DNA of 7,924 nt from a virus. The stretch lies in the IMG/VR virus record IMGVR_UViG_3300035492_000368, positions 1 through 7,924 of that record, one strand, 5' to 3'. Positions 5,722 to 7,924 of the stretch are shown one piece after another. The notes beneath the pieces were generated by a model. The model was given only the letters and a program-made list of their open reading frames with translations. It was not told the origin of the DNA and made no database searches. Made by a program: the position numbers and the translations under genes. How positions within the stretch are numbered: position 1 is the stretch's first letter; every line of letters begins with the position of its first letter.

Positions 5722-6042
5722 GTGGCAAATCAACATTACCTGCGCGAGACGGGCTTCTGGCTCGACCAGGTGAAGGAAAAATACGAGTGCAAAAGTGATG
5801 GCGAGCTATCCCGGCTGCTCGGCGTGACCAAAGCGGCGGTGAGTCTGCAAAGGGCCGGGAAACACGAAATGAGCATCAAGCAGGCGGTGAGAGTGGCCGA
5901 GCTGCTACACGTCAACCCGATGTGCGTAATATGCGGGGTGATGTACCACCAGGACCCAGCCGAGGCCGAGTTCTGGAAATCGGTCTACGAACAGACGGTG
6001 ACGGAAAACGACCGTCGACGGTATTTCCCCGAAACCAACTAG
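5722..6042 (+). CDS. HTH (Cro/CI/XRE-like) transcriptional regulator; putative phage repressor
   Basis: 106 aa. GTG start with GGGGG 7 nt upstream. The helix-turn-helix signature is SDGELSRLLGVTKAAVSLQRAG. It is the only gene in the opposite orientation, as is typical of inovirus immunity regulators. Confidence 0.75.
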   Translation: MANQHYLRETGFWLDQVKEKYECKSDGELSRLLGVTKAAVSLQRAGKHEMSIKQAVRVAELLHVNPMCVICGVMYHQDPAEAEFWKSVYEQTVTENDRRRYFPETN

Positions 6043-7817
6043 TCGTCGGGGTCGGGGCGCTCCATGTAGGACGGCGGATTGACCGGCAAGCCGGCAATGT
6101 AGTCCACCACCGCCTTCAATCCATGCCGGCGAGCGAACAGGAGGACGAGCGACTGCGCACGGTTGCGCACCACCTTGTCGAACTCGTGATCGCTCAGAGC
6201 AAGCAGCAGTTCGGAATCCTCTTCCTTCCGTGCAGCGAGAGCCATGTCACCGGCCTCGCTGTCGTCCACCACCACAGCCTTCTCAAGTGACGCCAAAAAA
6301 GCCTTGAGCGTGCGGCTGAACTGCAACTGATGACGCCCGAGGAACGCCTCGGCAAATTCGGCGAAACGCTGCGCGGCTGCCTTGTCGCCCTGGCTGGCCT
6401 CGAACAGCAACTGAAACGGGGTCGCGCCCTTAGCTCGTGCGGCCTTAACGTGTGCGCCGGCAAGCTCGTGTTCTGGCCCCCAGCGCCGTTCGCGAGCTTC
6501 ACCGTCTCCAGTGAACTGGCCGAATTTTGTCAGGTACTCTTGAGCGGACAAAGCCTTGCGAACATCGAGCCCCAGGTAACGCACAGAGCCGCCGACCTTG
6601 ACGGTCTTCAGGGGCGCGGGCAGGCCAACTTCCTTGCACGCCTGAGACCACGCCTCGAACAGCCGATCGCGCAGCAAAGCAACCTCGTATGACGATAGCT
6701 CGCGGCGGAAGAACCACAGGTGATGCTCGTGGGGATGCCAGCCGTTTTTAGTGCCGTGGGTCACCTCCAGGTTGGCAATCCGCCCGATGTAGCCGAGGAA
6801 CGGCATGGAGTCTACGCGCTGACGCTTGCGCGCCTGCTCGCGAGTGGCTTCCTTGAAGGCGTAGGACTTCTGGAACAGCTGCATGGCGTCTTTGAACTTG
6901 CCCAGCAGGTCGGCGAGCTGGTCACCGATGCCATGCTTAATGGTGAAGGTCAGCATGTAGGCGCTGCCCTCGATCTCAGCCACGCCATTGTAAGCGTCGG
7001 CGATCTCGTCACGGCGGGCGCGGTTGATCTTCGCGGAGCACAGAGGGCACGTCCAAACGCTGCCGCAGACGGCCACCTGGTGCCAGTTGACCGCGCCGCT
7101 TTCGCGATGCTGCCACAGCTCGGCAGACTTCCCCGGCACCTTGCGGCGGTAACAGCCGACCACCCGGAATTTCGGCGACTTGTTCACGGTGCCCTCGATG
7201 CCATACAGCTTGTTACGCACGACCGGCAAACCGAGGTCGGTGGCCAGCACCCGCGACACCTTGACAGGGACGCCGGGGCGTCGGTCGCGGTTCAGGTCGA
7301 GGTCGCAGTAAGCGACCTTGGCGCGCAAATCGGTGTAGGGGGCGGCAAAGGTCTTTTCGCGTTCCTGCCAGTACTGCGGGCGGCTCAGCAGACGCTGCGC
7401 GTGCTGCTGCAACAGCCAGCGCTCCAGGAGCGCTTCGTCGGCGTCCCACTCTTTGACCCAAGACTGGCGTTTTTCGTCGTAGACGAAGCGAAAAGTTTCA
7501 CCGGTTTTAGGGTCGCAAAGCTCCCTAAGTCCTTGATTCTTAAAGGGCAAAAGCTCAAGAGCAGGCGCGTTAGTGTCGGTAAAGTTCGTAGTATTACCGA
7601 GGGCGCTCCGCGCCGGGCCGCGCCCGCCGCTCTCGCGCCCGTCCTCGCGCTCACGCGCTGCGGGCGTGCGCTCGTGCGTCGGTGCGCGGTTGATGCGTGT
7701 CGTTACTTCGTCTAACATCCTGAGAACTCGATCTAGCCGGTTGAGTACTGCGAAAGACCCAAGGCCCCTGCTTGCAACAGGGGCCTTTTCTTTTGCCTGG
7801 CCGTTTGTCCGTCTCAT
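6039..7817 (-). CDS. Rolling-circle replication initiator (HUH endonuclease, pC194/pUB110 Rep_1-like by motifs)
   Basis: The Cys cluster CGSVWTCPLC (7038-7067) is followed by RARRDE. Motif I is YMLTFTIKH (6933-6959). The HUH motif is HPHEHH (6720-6737). A candidate catalytic Tyr lies in AQEYLTKF (Y at 6534-6536). The coordinates give the maximal ORF. The ATG at 7718 (559 aa) is an equally good or better start, because codons 1-33 are rich in rare codons (AGA, AGG, CTA, CGA) and contain a 10-bp-stem hairpin. Confidence 0.85.
   Translation of the reverse strand: MRRTNGQAKEKAPVASRGLGSFAVLNRLDRVLRMLDEVTTRINRAPTHERTPAAREREDGRESGGRGPARSALGNTTNFTDTNAPALELLPFKNQGLRELCDPKTGETFRFVYDEKRQSWVKEWDADEALLERWLLQQHAQRLLSRPQYWQEREKTFAAPYTDLRAKVAYCDLDLNRDRRPGVPVKVSRVLATDLGLPVVRNKLYGIEGTVNKSPKFRVVGCYRRKVPGKSAELWQHRESGAVNWHQVAVCGSVWTCPLCSAKINRARRDEIADAYNGVAEIEGSAYMLTFTIKHGIGDQLADLLGKFKDAMQLFQKSYAFKEATREQARKRQRVDSMPFLGYIGRIANLEVTHGTKNGWHPHEHHLWFFRRELSSYEVALLRDRLFEAWSQACKEVGLPAPLKTVKVGGSVRYLGLDVRKALSAQEYLTKFGQFTGDGEARERRWGPEHELAGAHVKAARAKGATPFQLLFEASQGDKAAAQRFAEFAEAFLGRHQLQFSRTLKAFLASLEKAVVVDDSEAGDMALAARKEEDSELLLALSDHEFDKVVRNRAQSLVLLFARRHGLKAVVDYIAGLPVNPPSYMERPDPDD
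7690..7718 (+). promoter_or_regulatory. Candidate plus-strand promoter, antisense to the rep 5' region
   Basis: TTGATG (7690-7695), a 17-nt spacer, then TAACAT (7713-7718). The -10 overlaps the complement of the alternative rep ATG. Confidence 0.3.
7725..7795 (+). ncRNA. Hypothetical ~70-nt countertranscript RNA, antisense to the rep leader or 5' end
   Basis: It is bounded by the candidate promoter and the plus-strand terminator. It contains two stem-loops: 7726-7731 paired with 7741-7746 (one G-U pair), and 7761-7787. This is sequence-based inference only. Confidence 0.25.
7761..7795 (+). terminator. Strong hairpin plus T-tract; intrinsic-terminator-like on the plus strand
   Basis: AAGGCCCCTG (7761-7770), a 7-nt loop, CAGGGGCCTT (7778-7787), then TTCTTTTG. 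On the minus strand the tail is only GGGTCTTTCG, so it is weaker in that direction. It could instead be a packaging-signal or origin hairpin. Confidence 0.55.
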
Positions 7818-7924
7818 CGGCAGCCCTGGCAGAAAAAAGGCGTTCTCCTTGGGTCGGTGTGAATCCTACGTCAAAACCCTTTAACGGGGCCAGTGATCAG
7901 AGGCGAGCTGCGCTCGGGGCGGCC
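7798..7924. repeat. Terminal direct repeat, copy 2 (identical to 1-127)
   Basis: Same comparison as copy 1. It duplicates the 5' end of the maximal rep ORF and the 3' end of the 92-aa ORF. Confidence 0.95.

Larger units (their letters stand above)
1..7797 (-). mobile_element. Complete circular filamentous-phage (Inoviridae-like) genome, unit length 7,797 bp
   Basis: Full inovirus module in canonical order on one strand: Rep, ssDNA-binding-sized gene, small coat proteins, pIII-like, pVI-like, Zot/pI, secretin pIV. The exact 127-nt overlap of the window ends closes the circle. Confidence 0.85.

Noticed and set aside
5921-5945. GTGCGTAATATGCGGGGTGATGTACC, as a degenerate dif-like site
   Set aside because: It has too many mismatches to the dif consensus in both arms, and it lies within the HTH coding sequence.
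6011-6022. Perfect 12-bp palindrome ACCGTCGACGGT near the convergent gene ends, as a bidirectional terminator or binding site
   Set aside because: About two such 6+6 palindromes are expected by chance in 7.8 kb. It has no loop for an RNA hairpin beyond a 4-bp stem, and its T-tracts are weak.
6039-6245. Internal in-frame start (M525, GAGG 8 nt upstream) giving a 68-aa pX-like C-terminal Rep fragment
   Set aside because: It is possible by analogy with Ff gene X, but it rests on a single ribosome-binding-site-like string. It cannot be supported from sequence alone.
6720-7715. 331-aa plus-strand ORF
   Set aside because: It lies entirely antisense to the motif-bearing Rep gene. Its composition is Ala/Arg/Gly/Leu-rich, as is typical of shadow ORFs in GC-rich DNA. 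It has no ribosome-binding site or recognisable motif.

Overview
The window is one complete, circularly permuted genome of a filamentous phage (Inoviridae-like), either a replicative form or a circular contig. Positions 1-127 are identical to 7798-7924, so the unique unit is 7,797 bp. All but one gene lie on the minus strand. In circular order they are: a sigma70-like promoter (623-651); two small unknown genes (82 aa and 92 aa, coupled by a GTGA overlap); a hairpin (7761-7787); an HUH rolling-circle Rep (6039-7817, possibly starting at 7718); an ssDNA-binding-protein-sized gene (5277-5606); a 78-aa membrane protein; the major coat protein (4774-4992); tandem intrinsic terminators; an untracked 31-aa micro-ORF; a pIII-like adsorption protein; a pVI-like protein; a Zot/pI assembly ATPase; and a pIV secretin. 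The only convincing plus-strand gene is an HTH repressor-like gene (5722-6042). It sits between rep and the structural operon, convergent with rep, and the two genes share a CTAG stop tetranucleotide. I saw no integrase, tRNA, rRNA or CRISPR array. The parts most worth follow-up are the lower-GC, self-promoted two-gene cassette of unknown function upstream of rep, its 10-bp direct repeats, and a possible plasmid-style countertranscript RNA opposite the rep leader. All functional calls come from motifs read by eye, gene order and size. No database search was possible.
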